A stretch of DNA of 63,289 nt, filler included, from Octopus bimaculoides (taxonomy: Eukaryota): NCBI RefSeq assembly GCF_001194135.2. It is 7 parts of 7 records of this genome, joined end to end, with 100 filler letters (N's around TTAATTAATTAA, not from the genome) between each part and the next. Parts side by side here need not be neighbours in the genome. Positions count along the whole stretch, not along the records: positions 23,623 to 50,058 come from NC_068985.1; 6 more parts are not named here. The stretch is one strand, 5' to 3'. The first letter of the stretch is position 1; every line of letters starts with the position of its first letter. Below, in pieces: positions 36,080 through 48,830 of the stretch. Under the pieces are notes generated by a model. The model did not search any database and was not told where the DNA came from. It saw nothing but the letters and a program-made list of their open reading frames with translations. The position numbers and the translations under genes are program-made.

Positions 36080-37205
36080 TTAATTTAATAAGTAAAAGCA
36101 AAAATGTGTATCTGTTTGTCTGTAAACAACAAGAGTCTTATGTTTATGATAAACTACCAAATATTCTTAATCTTTCACAGAATATGATATTTGTAATGAC
36201 ATTGTAACAACGTAGATTTTTATCATTACAACAAATCCTTTATAGCGTCATAGCTTTGTGACATCATAGATTACACAAGCCCCCCACCCAATTCTGTTGT
36301 TAAAAAATTTGGACCTGAACTAGGGGTTTCTTGACACACAGAATCCGAAAATGACATCCATTTATTACCATCATGTTAAGATTTTGAGATTCTGAATTCA
36401 TAGAATTTCATTGTTTCTTTTTTTTAGTAAAACAGCTTATGAGGAACAAGGCATAACGTATAAACATGCATAGAAGTTGATTTTTCTTTAAAACCAGAAC
36501 GTTTCCTTCAAAATTCTGCTGAAAAACTAGCAAAATATCTTAAAATCTTGAGGCAAATGTTATCATTGTTTATGTCTAATTTCCCATGAATTTGCATTTA
36601 GATGCTTTTGTTGAGTGCTGAACGTCAAGCAGATCACGAGTCAAGATCCAGCAAAAGTTCACCATCTTATGCAAGTCCAGTCTGTCTTGATATCTTTGTT
36701 CTATTGATTTTTATGTCCTGGTGAAAACGTTCTCCCTCCTTATCACTTGTACCACCAAGATTTTTAGGGAACTCATCAAGGTAACTGTGGAGATTGTGCA
36801 GCTTTAGGCACCCAACTTTTGAAAGTTTTCCTGCATGTTGTCGACTATTTCGGCATAACTGGCTGCTTTCTTGTTACTCAGAAAGTCATTTACAACTATT
36901 ACAAATGAATTCAAGGCTACTTCTTCAAAGAAATCCATTGAATCTACAAATTTTCCATCCTTCATCAATTTTCTGATTTGAGACTTATCAAATACTCCAG
37001 CTTTTATCTTTTCACTGCTCAGGCCAGGAAAATTTTGCAGATATATTGAAAGCAAGGTCCGTCTTTATCCAGAGTTTTAAGAAACTGCTTCATAGTGCCG
37101 AGTTTGATATGGAGTCGAGGTAATTAAATTTTTGCCGTTTGAACTAAAATCTCTTTAACTACATTAAAAGATCCTGGAATTAATTCGCTGCAACCATTCT
37201 TTGAC
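36080..37205 (-). mobile_element. Chapaev3-like (CMC/Transib-related) DNA transposon, C-terminal transposase remnant (36575-37205)
   Basis: LHIKLGTMKQFLKTLDKDGPCF, FPGLSSEKIKAGVF..QIRKLMKD, LKLHNLHSYLDEFPKNLGGTSDKEGERFHQDI..EQRYQ..FCW. Confidence 0.7.
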
Positions 37206-37434
37206 CACCCATTGTTTTCCCCTGGCTCTGCTGTCCGACATACACGGATATTTAGTCTCTCCATTTTGTTGCCCCTGGGAAAAAATCGACCATCTTAAAG
37301 TCCACGATAAAATGATGTACAGTTAAGCATTGGTATCAATGTAATCAACCAACATCTCTGCCTTCAAAGTTGTTGATCTTGTGCCTTAATTAGAAACCAT
37401 TATTATTAATTAAAAAGGGAGGGAGGCTCCGAAA

Positions 37435-37746
37435 GGCGTCTCAGGGAATAGCATCCCTGCCTTCCTGAGTTAGTTTTCCACCACATTTCTTAAAAATCGT
37501 GGTGGAGGCCTTGGTCTCAGGACCACTCATGTCTAAAAGCTGAGGTTGGGGGTAAGCAAGGGCATGCTCCCCGTAGAAAATCCAGCTTCAAAAAAGCCTC
37601 ATGATAACAAAGGAAAATGGACACCAGCCAGCCAGCCAGCCAGCCCAAAGGTTGAGGTAGGCTGCACCTGCCTACCTCGGTTGCTATGGCATTGAGGTAG
37701 ATCCGGTTATCCCCATTAACGGGGACAAAAACCCGGATTTAAAACA
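37435..37746 (+). mobile_element. RTE-derived element, inverted copy of 35355-35655
   Basis: Direct reverse-complement alignment by eye. Confidence 0.65.
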
Positions 37747-38154
37747 TCTCGAAATCTAGACGTAATAGTAAAAAATAGATTCCATTTTTAGATTCAGCAT
37801 TTAAAAGAAAACAAAAAAAAAAAAACAAGGCAAAACTCAAATCAGGTTAAAAAACGTCCTGACAACAAAATACCTGTTGCGTTATAATTTCGTATGTCAC
37901 AAGTCATGACATTGTAATATCACTGGCATGAATTTATGGCATGACAAAAAATAAGTAGTCAAAACTTTATACCTGTAATGTAACTGTGTCTATGAGATGA
38001 TAACGAATTGCTTTAGAATATGAAGAAGAAGCATCATGAATATGATACTGTCGCGTCATAGGCAACAGAGTACTTGAACCATCTAGTGTGACACTTGTAA
38101 CAACAAATAGTGACATATCATATAATATATGACATAATAAGGACATTACTATGT

Positions 38155-38390
38155 CGAGTCCTCATAGCGTGGGCTGCCCGGTTCCCATGGGGTACAAGCA
38201 ACCGAGATCACAATATTTTTCCCGAACGGGACACCAGTCCGTTTTAGGATGACCCATTTACGGCTGAGCGGACTGGATCAACGTGAAATGAGGTGTTTTT
38301 TGCTCAAGAATACTACGTCCTAGTACGGGGATCGAAATTACGATCTTGCGAGCAACATCCTAACCACTACGCCACACGCCTTCATAATGC
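38155..38390 (-). mobile_element. SINE B2 head/CORE with alternative tail
   Basis: Reverse complement of ggcgtgtggcgtagtggttagg..cttgagcaaaaaacacctcatttcacgttgatccagtcc..gactggtgtcccgttcggg. Confidence 0.6.
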
Positions 38391-38674
38391 ATGATATATC
38401 ATAAAATATATGATATATTATTAAATAATATATCATAACGTGAGACTACATGATATTAAACTGTAACTTGAAAGAGTATCAATCGTAATGTAATATCTAA
38501 AAAACTGATAAATCATCACAGAACATGACGTGACGTCACGAAATATTGTAATATTATAGAGGATGGTATTATCGCACCACAAGATATGATATCGTATTAT
38601 CACAAGATATGAAGATTACAAGACATAACACAGTAACATCACGAAAGAGGATATTATATCATATGATATAATAC

Positions 38675-39660
38675 CTTTTCTACTCTAGGCACAAGGCCCA
38701 ACATTTTTAAGGAGAGAGCCAGTCAATTAGATTGACTCCAGCACGCAGCTGGTACTTAATTTATCGACCCCGAAAGGATGAAAGGGAAAGTCGACCTTGG
38801 CGGAATTTGAACTCAGAATGCAAAAGACAGACGAAATATTGCTGAGCATTTCGCCCGGCGTGCTAACGTTCCTGCCAGCTCACCGCCTTCGTAAGATATA
38901 ATAATGTAACAACATTCGATAATATATTTAGCACTATATGACTTAATACTGTAACATCATAACATATAATATCACGGGGTATGAAGGCAGCGCGCTGGTA
39001 GAACAGTTACAGCGCTGGACAAAATTCTTAGTGTTATTTCTTCTGACTCTGAGTTGAAATGCCACCGAGCTAGACTTTGCCTTTCATCCTTTTGGTACCG
39101 ATAAAATAAATACCAGTTGATGTAATCGACTACCCGCACTCTCACCAGAAATTACTATCCTTGTGCCAAAATTTGAAACCAGTATCATGGAGAGGAACAT
39201 AATTTCACAGAAGTTAAGATTGTATTGTATTTGTCTTGCATAAGACAAACTCTTAGTTTTTTTTTTTGTAGGGGAGAAAAAAAAAAAGATTGTGGAAAAA
39301 AACAAATTTAATGTTTCGTTATACATCCATATTCTTGGTATTCCATCCGTCATACGGTCGTATTAGACGTACGGCAATATTTTGTTACATTTAAGAATAA
39401 AAATAGCGTGTCTTATGCACCGACATATACGGCAATATACTACGATAGAATAGGACAGCAGAATCGTTAGCACGCCGAGCAATATGCTTAGCGGCATTTC
39501 GTCTGTCTCTACGTTCTGAGTTCAAATTCCGCCGAGGTTGACTTTTCTTTGCATCCTATTGGGGTCGATAAAATAAATACCAGTTGAACATTGGGGTCGA
39601 TTAAATCAACTTGGCCCACGCCCCCCCAAAACTGCTGGCCTTGTGACAAAATATGAATGC
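38675..39660. mobile_element. Three SINE A copies (38675-38887 -, 38985-39180 +, 39455-39660 +) in AT-rich cryptic repeat
   Basis: Family motifs; surrounding degenerate atatgatataatgtaac-like sequence (37950-40020). Confidence 0.8.
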
Positions 39661-41925
39661 AATATACTACGATAGAATATGATGATATAATACTATAGAA
39701 TAGTAATATAATAATCAAGAAATATGATAATGTGATGTCACATGATATGATAATTTAATATCACATGATTAAACATTATAATACCGCGAGATACAATATC
39801 AGGACGTCACACATCGCACATCGCACACAAGAGAGAATTATGTGGTATAGCAAAATATGAAATTGCGACATGGTTGAGTAGGAAAATAATATTATAACAT
39901 ATCCAAATACGGTAAAAGCCACAGAGTTTAATAACGATACAATGTAGAGTACGATATAAATATTTTATAACATCAGCGTGTATCGATATGGTAACATCAC
40001 TTGTGAAAGTAACCATTTAAGAAACGAGTAACTTACGATTTTTCTCCTTGTAAAGATAACCGTTATGAAGTGACCGGTGTAACTTCCAGGAAGAATTTGG
40101 TATCCGAAACGAAATGTTTTCCGTAGTATACATAGGGTGTATATTTGTCCTCACTTGATCTCTTTCTACATTCATTGTGCGCTTTTATATGGTGTGTATG
40201 CATGCATATATGTGAAGTATGTATGTATGTATGCATGTATACACACGCGTATTATGTTATATATACATATATATATATATATGCATGTACATATGAGTAT
40301 ATAATACCTGTGTGTGTGTGTGTGTGTGGGTGGGTGGGTGTGTGAGTGCATCCAAGTATGTTGGAAGTTATCTCGCTCAATCTCAAAAACCCCCCAAAAA
40401 TCTCTCTCAGCAATTTTACGGTGTAGAAAACGAGAATACCAAAACAGAAACAGAACAAAAGTTTGGTTGGAGTTATTTTAGCTTTTTGTTATTTAATCAT
40501 TCCGATATTGTATTGTTGGTGTCTTGTCTGTAGCATTTAAACGATAGCTACTGCTTTAGCTTGTCTATCTTCCGTGATGCCTCATGTGTCAGAAATATAG
40601 TCTTTCTCTCCTACCTCTCTATCTCTCTCTATTTCAATGAATCGTTTTTTTTTTATCGTCTGTCCGCTTAAATTCCAGATAGAGAGGAAGAGGGAAATAG
40701 AAAGAGAGAGAAAAAGAGAGAGAGAGAGAGAGAGAGAGGGNNNNNNNNNNNNNNNNNNNNNNNNNNNNNNNNNNNNNNNNNNNNNNNNNNNNNNNNNNNN
40801 NNNNNNNNNNNNNNNNNNNNNNNNNNNNNNNNNNNNNNNNNNNNNNNNNNNNNNNNNNNNNNNNNNNNNNNNNNNNNNNNNNNNNNNNNNNNNNNNNNNN
40901 NNNNNNNNNNNNNNNNNNNNNNNNNNNNNNNNNNNNNNNNNNNNNNNNNNNNNNNNNNNNNNNNNNNNNNNNNNNNNNNNNNNNNNNNNNNNNNNNNNNN
41001 NNNNNNNNNNNNNNNNNNNNNNNNNNNNNNNNNNNNNNNNNNNNNNNNNNNNNNNNNNNNNNNNNNNNNNNNNNNNNNNNNNNNNNNNNNNNNNNNNNNN
41101 NNNNNNNNNNNNNNNNNNNNNNNNNNNNNNNNNNNNNNNNNNNNNNNNNNNNNNNNNNNNNNNNNNNNNNNNNNNNNNNNNNNNNNNNNNNNNNNNNNNN
41201 NNNNNNNNNNNNNNNNNNNNNNNNNNNNNNNNNNNNNNNNNNNNNNNNNNNNNNNNNNNNNNNNNNNNNNNNNNNNNNNNNNNNNNNNNNNNNNNNNNNN
41301 NNNNNNNNNNNNNNNNNNNNNNNNNNNNNNNNNNNNNNNNNNNNNNNNNNNNNNNNNNNNNNNNNNNNNNNNNNNNNNNNNNNNNNNNNNNNNNNNNNNN
41401 NNNNNNNNNNNNNNNNNNNNNNNNNNNNNNNNNNNNNNNNNNNNNNNNNNNNNNNNNNNNNNNNNNNNNNNNNNCCACAAACAGCATTAACGTCTGCTAA
41501 TGGCATCCATCTTCGACTTCCCCACTCACGACGATGGCGACGACGATGATGATGATGATGATGATCATCACCATCATCATCATCACCATCATCAACAGCA
41601 GCAGCCTGGTTGATGTGTGGACACCAATTAGTAACGAAGTGTCGGACGAGCCTTTCGTCAAATTTTTTGCAAACATCAACTAAAATTTTTTTATTTTTTG
41701 CCTTTTTTTTTTTTACCTTAAGAGACAAACAGAGTCTCTTTGTGAATAGATAAGCGTCGGTGTGTGTGTGTGTGTGTGTGTGCGGTCAGACCAGGTCGGT
41801 CGAGGTTTGCTTTTACGACACAAAATGTCTCTTCTGTCAACGAAGATAAACTACGGTCATTTTTAGTTAATGCTGACGTTGTGACTGTTGTTGTTGTTGT
41901 TGTTGTTATTGTGGTTGCTGTTCTT

Positions 41926-42247
41926 GCTGAATGGCTTAGTGGTTAGGGCATTCGACTCACGTTCGTAAGGTCGTGAGTTCGATTCCCGGCGGTGCGTTGT
42001 GTCCCTGAGCAAGACACTTTATTTCGCGTTGCTCCGCTCCATTCACCGGGTAAAAATGAGCAGTACCTGTAATCCAAAAGGGGGCCAGCCTTGTTACATT
42101 GTGTCGCGCTGAATCTCCCCGAGAGCTACGTTAAGGGTACGGGTGTCTGTGGAATACTCAGTCACTTTCACGTTAATTTCACGAACTGGCTATCCTGTCG
42201 ACTGGATCGATTGGAACCCTCGTCGTCGTAACCGACGAAGTACCAGT
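41926..42247 (+). mobile_element. SINE family B2 (CORE-type) with the B1 tail
   Basis: A box tggcttagtgg, B box gagttcgattccc, gtccctgagcaagacacttt core. Tail shared with 9883-10268. Confidence 0.8.
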
Positions 42248-43133
42248 TCTTAGTTGTTGCAGTTGTGGCTACTTCGGTTGCTGTTTATTTCTATGACAAC
42301 TCTGATTGACCAGATTAAGGATAGATATTCCAGCCGTGACCATCCCGTCTTATCTTATATGCACAAAACCCAGGGCCACGTGATACATTCGNNNNNNNNN
42401 NNNNNNNNNNNNNNNNNNNNNNNNNNNNNNNNNNNNNNNNNNNNNNNNNNNNNNNNNNNNNNNNNNNNNNNNNNNNNNNNNNNNNNNNNNNNNNNNNNNN
42501 NNNNNNNNNNNNNNNNNNNNNNNNNNNNNNNNNNNNNNNNNNNNNNNNNNNNNNNNNNNNNNNNNNNNNNNNNNNNNNNNNNNNNNNNNNNNNNNNNNNN
42601 NNNNNNNNNNNNNNNNNNNNNNNNNNNNNNNNNNNNNNNNNNNNNNNNNNNNNNNNNNNNNNNNNNNNNNNNNNNNNNNNNNNNNNNNNNNNNNNNNNNN
42701 NNNNNNNNNNGCCATCCGGTTTCACCAGTCCTCAGTCAAATCGTCCAACCCATGCTAGCATGGCAAGCGGACGTTAAACGATGATGATGATGACTACAAA
42801 GAAGAAAGAAAAAAAAATCAAGGTAATTTTATGTTAGGCGTTGCTATTCAGGAGGTCCCGCGGGCAGCAGTTTGCCTATGGATGCTCTAAAACCGTGGCA
42901 TTTGATTTGAGGCAGATTAGGCTACCTTTTCTTACAGGTCCAGTGATCTCGAGGTTACTGTCGCTGGCTATTAGTACAGGTGCAACTGTTGTTGTTATTA
43001 AGGTGGCAAGTAATATATAGATAAGCGCGTGTACGTGTGTGTGTTTGTGTTTGTATGTATGTATTTGTGTGCGTGTGTAAGCATTGGTGTATGTACATGT
43101 ACAAATATGCACACCATGCATGTGCGCGTGTGC

Positions 43134-43282
<149 letters not shown>

Positions 43283-43754
43283 CTGAGGATGACCTACCTC
43301 TTTCTTTCCTCATTCCACCAATGACCATCATCGCTGATGGTGATGATGAGGGTGGTGGTGGCGGTGGTGATTATGTAAGTGTGAGTACATCTTGTAGGTC
43401 ATGTCCTGAAACTCCCTCTTTGCAGCACGTTTGGTGCATAAATGAATGGACCCTTGTAGCAAATAAAGATAAATGTTTATTGAACAAAGACAAAACCTGG
43501 ACGTTTGGCATCTGTTAAGTCGTCAAGTACTCACACTCCTCTAATACTCTAATCAGTCGGCAATGCGGTACAGTGGAAGTTCCGTATCAGCCCTCGAAGA
43601 CAATTAGTGGCAGGTAAAAGCGATGACTTCCTCGGAGAAACTCAAGGCATTGATGAAAATCAACTGGATGGTCTGTTCCGGAGAGATTTTGAACTCAGCT
43701 CACGAATAATTTCGTGCACAGCTGGCTCGAGATTAATTCGAAAGACACGGAATT

Positions 43755-43967
43755 CTTTTCTACTCTAAGCACAAGGCCCGAAATTTTGGGGGATAGGGTC
43801 GGTCGATTAGATCGACTCCAGTACGTAACTGGTACTTAATTTATTGACCCCGAAAGAATGAAAGGCAAAATTGACCTCGGCGGAATTTGAACTCAGAACG
43901 TAAAGTCAGACGTAATACCGCTAAGCATTTCGCCCGGCGTGCTAACGTTTCTGCCAGCTCGCCGCCT
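43755..43967 (-). mobile_element. SINE family A, young copy with 18-bp TSD
   Basis: TSD ttcgaaagacacggaatt at 43737-43754 and 43968-43985. Confidence 0.92.
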
Positions 43968-43989
43968 TTCGAAAGACACGGAATTACCG

Positions 43990-45160
43990 CCAGGTGGGTT
44001 TCTCCGAGTTGCGTGCCGGACAATAAAACATTTGTCACCTCGCTTTAGTCTACTTGGAAGTCTGGACCAAACTAAACCAAACCAAACCAAACTCCGAATA
44101 TTTTAACCGGTCCGTTCGTTCACCGTCCCACGACGCCGTGAAGTTGCATGGATCCGCTTCTCCAGGTGCGGAGCATCAAACCCATCCACCCTTCTTGGTT
44201 AATTTTTTTTATCCCGTCACCGCTTCGTACTCCCTTAGAGCAGTGTCAATCACCTCGATGTATTTAGTGTCCGACACTGTTACGGTGACGCCGTCTGCAT
44301 ATACTGATACGGCTCTTTTTGCACCTTAGTTCATGCGCGGCACCCCTCGAAACCTTTAACTTCACAAAAGTGGCTTTAGCACTAGCATGTACAGAAGGGG
44401 CGAGAGAAGACAGGCTTGACGGATCACACACATAATACCGAACGATTCCGATAGATAAGTTAGTTATTCTAATAATCGAGCAGATGTCGCTGTAAATTGC
44501 AGCGATCCAGCCTTTGAACACGTGATCAAAACTGGCCGCCGTGAGGACAACCTCCAAATATTGACAACCTTATCGAAAATTTTCAATTGATTTGCATCGA
44601 TCGGAGTCTCATGCCCGTCAAGTTCCTTAGTCAAGTTCCTTAGTCAAGTTCCTTAGTCACCCTATCTTGTTATATCGCATGAGGTGGAGGCTGCCGTGGA
44701 TAGATTTGTTTGGAATGGTACATGTCTGTACCCAAATGATCAGAGTATCGAAGACAAGTACCAACCTCATCGCAAACACCTTGACCAAAAACTTGAGTTC
44801 TGCGTTAAGTAGACGAAAAGTTGTTCAAATTCACCCTTCTTATTCCGATCCTTTCTCAACAATACCACTATACTGCGTTTCATAGAATTGTGAATTTTCC
44901 TGTTCTGTTGCTAGTTGCTGTCGATGTCTTACAAAGGGCTTCCGAGCAAGTCAGGCATAAGAAAATGAAACTCGTACGGCAAGATATTTAATCTCGGCAA
45001 CTTCCCCCAATACAACCAGCTATCGCTTCCAGTATTTCATCGGCTGTCACCGGCCTTCCGTAGGACGGTGCATCTCCAGTCGAGAACTCCGAAAGGCCAT
45101 CGGTAGGTAACAAGCCAAACCGAGCCCCATCTCCGCACAGTCACTCACTCACCCCAAACA
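43990..45160 (-). mobile_element. Tx1/L1-clade LINE, degraded RT
   Basis: LPYEF..PDLLG, LLNAELKFLVKVFAMRL, QTCTIPNKSIHGSLHLMRY, IRQACLLSPLLY, SVYADGVTV, KINQE, IFGVWFG. 13-bp unit agttccttagtca x3 at 44621-44659. Confidence 0.75.
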
Positions 45161-45164
45161 GTGG

Positions 45165-45945
45165 AAAACAGTGCGAGTCAGTGCGAGACCTGGGCATTTC
45201 CACGAGTAATGATGCATCCTTCCTTGTACATGTTGCTAAGTTGGCAATGAATTGCAGACGGCTGATCGGATTGATTCTTAGAACTTTTAAATCGAGAGAT
45301 CAGGAAACCATGATGGTCCTCTGGAGGATATTTGTCCTAAGCCGCTTTGACTATTGCTCCCAGCTATTGTCACCAACCAGTGTAAAAATAATTGCAGAAC
45401 TTGAGGCAATCCAACGAAGCTACACGAAGAAGATAGCCTCTATGTAGCATGGAATCTACTGGGAAAGACTCAAGAGGTCGAGACTCTATTCCCTGGAGCG
45501 TGGGCGGGAAAGATATGCCGTAATATACATCTGAAAGATTCTGGAGTGACTCGTCCCACACTTTGGCATCGAGAGTTACACTAACGCTAGAACGGGGTGC
45601 CACTGCATAGTGCTAAAGATTCCAACTTTGCTATCAAAATATAGGACAAGATATTGCAACAGCATGGGCTTTAGAGGACCACAGTTCTTCAATATCCTCC
45701 CAAAGGACCTGAGAGACCTGCATGGGATGGATGTAGGTGTCTTCAAAACGAAACTAGACCCCTTAATGTCAAGTGTCCCAGATGAACCAAATTTACAGCA
45801 GGAAGTGCAAATGAGGGTAGCGGCATCAAACTCCCTTATGCACCAAATGTCAAGTTCCAAAATGAATTAAAAGTTATGTAGCAACATCACATGGCGGTGC
45901 CCCAGCATGGCCACAGTCCTTGAGCTGAAAGCGGTTCAATTCAAT
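45165..45945 (+). mobile_element. CR1-clade LINE 3' end
   Basis: VRDLGI, ILRTFKSRD, SRFDYCSQL, LEAIQRSYTKKI, YWERLK..LYSLERGRERY, FRGPQFFNILPKDLR, FKTKLD. 3' UTR ggcggtgccccagcatggccacag and (ttcaa)n tail. Confidence 0.85.
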
Positions 45946-46367
45946 TCATATTATATCCGTATACGGTAAGAAACCAGGCTAGATACTGTTATTGATGTTG
46001 AAAATTGTACTTAGCTCTTTTCAGCTGATCAATTAGTATCTTGATTGCTTAATTAACTAATCAAGAACGCTATTTGTTTTCATTAACCATTAATATCTTT
46101 TAAAGGTGTTGCCTTCAATTCGCTTGTGACAGTTTGTTTCCATTAAAAAGAAAAACTGTGACGGGTATGCGAGTACGTGTATGTGTGTTTGTGTGTGTGT
46201 GTGTGTGTGTGTATACGAAAGGAGTACATTTATTTATGGTTTAGATATGTCTGTGTTTTGTCATGACAAAACTGAATTCTTTTATCATTACAAAGATAAC
46301 AAAACCAAAGTTTTCTTTTTCTTTTTTTTTTGCCGTTGTCTTTAAATCCGCAATCCTCTTCATCGCA

Positions 46368-46975
46368 AAGGCGTCGAGCTGGCAGAAACGTTAGCACACC
46401 GAGCGAAATGCTTAACGCTATTTCGTGTGTCTTTACGTTCTGAGTTCAAATTCCGCCGAGGTCGACTTTGCCTTTCATCCTTTTGGGGTCGATTAATAAA
46501 GTACCAGTTGCGCACAGGAGTCGATGTAATCGAATTAATCCTTTTGTCTGTCCTTGTGTGTCCCCTCTATGTTTAGCCCCTTGTGGGCAATAAAGAAATA
46601 AGAAACGTTAGCACGCTGGGCGAAATGCATAGCAGTATTTCGTCCTACTTTATGTTCTGAGTTCAAATTCCGCCGAGGTCGACTTTGCCTTTCATCCTTT
46701 CGGAGTTGATAAATTAAGTACCAGTTGCGTACTGGAATTGATCTAATCGACTGGTCCCTTCCCTACAAATTTCGGGCCTTGTACCTAGAGTAGAAAAGAA
46801 GAATCCATTTCTTCTGGTTAGTTCTTTAGCTTTTACTATATTTTCAAATATTAAGACGGCGAGCTGGCAAAATCGTCAGCACGTCGGGCGAAATGCTTAG
46901 CGGTATTTCGTCCTACTTTATGTTCTGAGTTCAAATCCTGCTGAGGTCGATTTTTGCCTTTCATCCTATCAGGAG
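46368..46975 (+). mobile_element. Three head-to-tail SINE A copies
   Basis: Heads near 46368, 46600 and 46855; both tail variants present. Confidence 0.85.
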
Positions 46976-47168
46976 AAGAATTTAAATACTTAAAAAAAGA
47001 GAAAACATACACATGCGTTTGTAAATGGTGGCAGTTATTTTATTTGCTTAGTTGTTTTAACAGGAGAAATACAATGAATAACAGGTTAATAATGTTAATT
47101 AGATTTGAGGGTAATTAGAATTTTAGGATCCAAAAGAATTAAAAAGAAATATGGAAAAATTATCATTT

Positions 47169-47315
47169 GGCGCGTGTGTGGCTATATAGTAAGAAACTTG
47201 CTTCCGGTAGAGTCCCACTGCGTGACACCTTAGTCACGTAAATTCTATTATAGTAGCGGGCGACCAAGGACTTGTGACTGGATTTGGTAGATGGAAACCG
47301 AAAGAAGATAGTCGT
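47169..47315 (+). mobile_element. SINE family C head, degraded
   Basis: ggcgcgtgtgtggct..gtcccactgcgtgacacctt..ggatttggtagatggaaacc. Confidence 0.7.
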
Positions 47316-47766
47316 CTATCTATCTATCTGTCTGTCTTTTTTTATTTTGCCGAGATTACCGTAGTTAGTTTTTGTAGGTTTTTCTTTCCACGGATAACTC
47401 TAGTTAGTGTTCTATTTTCTCCCGCTTTTGGGAATTCAAATTGTTAAAAAAAATCGCCACCTTCTTATCTATTTGTGTACACGTCCCACAAAATGTCTTT
47501 TTTTCTGATCCCTTTTGATCGATTTCGAAAAAGAAAAATTTTAAATTGTATTGTATCCTGTGTGTTAAACTCTGTGTGGCGAAATCTATCTATCTATCTA
47601 TCTATCTATCTAAGTGAAAAATAAGAAAATGGAGATATTGAATTTAATAAGAGTTTATTACCAGCAAAAAATCGATCATTATCTCTTACAGCTGTTTCAA
47701 TTTAGAAATGTAGTTAGGCCAACATAACCTCTAATTGATATCTATCTATCTATCTATCTATCTATC

Positions 47767-48542
47767 TGCCAGGCCTAGGATCTTTGGTGATTGTCCATAG
47801 GTCCCGGCCCGAAAGTTGTCCTGAACAGGCAGGTCACGTGTTCCTCGGGCGTCGACGAGGAACACCAGACCCGCCTGTTCAGGACAACTTTTGGGCCAGG
47901 ACCTACGGAAATCACCAAACATCCCTGGCCTGGCAGTGCTATCGAGAAGCATTACCCGTTCGGGATAAGTTATACAGGCACGGTTCGAGACCCACCAGAC
48001 CGACTTGTCCGAGATGCGGTCAGAGCGACGAAATCGTTCTGCACGCACTCGTGCAGTGTCCAACCATTTCGGACCTGTGGTCTTATGCCAAACGGCTGCT
48101 GTCACGTGTGGGACGAGTCCGCCTATCAGCCGAGTCTATCGTGACAATTACTCCACCACCGTTCCTCAACCGGGAAGGCAAGGCAGTGTTCATCGTACTG
48201 GTTGGTGGCCATGGTGAAAGAATGTGTGTGGTAGACTCGAGCGAAAGGTTTAGAGACAAACACTTACCTCTCAGGTCAATGGCTCATCAACTTTTTCAAG
48301 TACCACTTAAAAAGGAAGGTGAGAACGGAGAGGCAAGTTTTGTCTCGTGAAAGTTTCAAAAAAGGTGGGTGAATGTAGCAAAGATGGTGCATGCGAGTGA
48401 CGAAATCACTTTGAGCATGATCCTGTAAATCGAAGAGAAAGAGAGAGAGAACTCTGCTCTCATGTGTTTATTCCCTCCCTGCCCGAGGTTACCGTGGTCT
48501 TTTCCGTAGGCTTTTCTTTCCACGGATAAACCTAATCTTAGT
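47767..48542 (+). mobile_element. Tx1/L1-clade LINE 3' end (zf-RVT/CCHC)
   Basis: LAWQCYREALPVRDKL..CPRCGQSDEIVLHALVQC..LWSY. A second copy of the 3' UTR lies at 47345-47400. Confidence 0.8.
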
Positions 48543-48709
48543 CCTATATTTAAGAGATGAGGAATTATTTACATTATTTACAATCGACGGATATTTGTCC
48601 TCATCTTGTTTGTTGTTAGCTCAACGTTTCAGCTGATATACCCTCAGCCTTCTTCAGGTGTCTTGGGGAAATTTCGAACCTGGGTTCTCATTCCTAAAGT
48701 ATTTTTCGA

Positions 48710-48743
<34 letters not shown>

Positions 48744-48830
48744 GGTTAAGAGCGCGGGCTACTAACCCCAAGATCCAGAGTTCGATTCCAAACAGTGACC
48801 TGAACACTAATAATAATAATAATAATAATA
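48543..48830. mobile_element. ORF-less PLE terminal-repeat pair (minus hammerhead half plus inverted tRNA-like half)
   Basis: Minus strand: gacac-CTGAAGA-A-GGCTG..CAGCT-GAAAC-GTT (48618-48662). Plus strand: ggttaagagcgcgggctactaacccc..gttcgattcc then (AAT)n. Confidence 0.8.

Noticed and set aside
47680-47700. GAAACAGCTGTA half-hammerhead on the minus strand
   Set aside because: No CUGANGA partner upstream in this copy.
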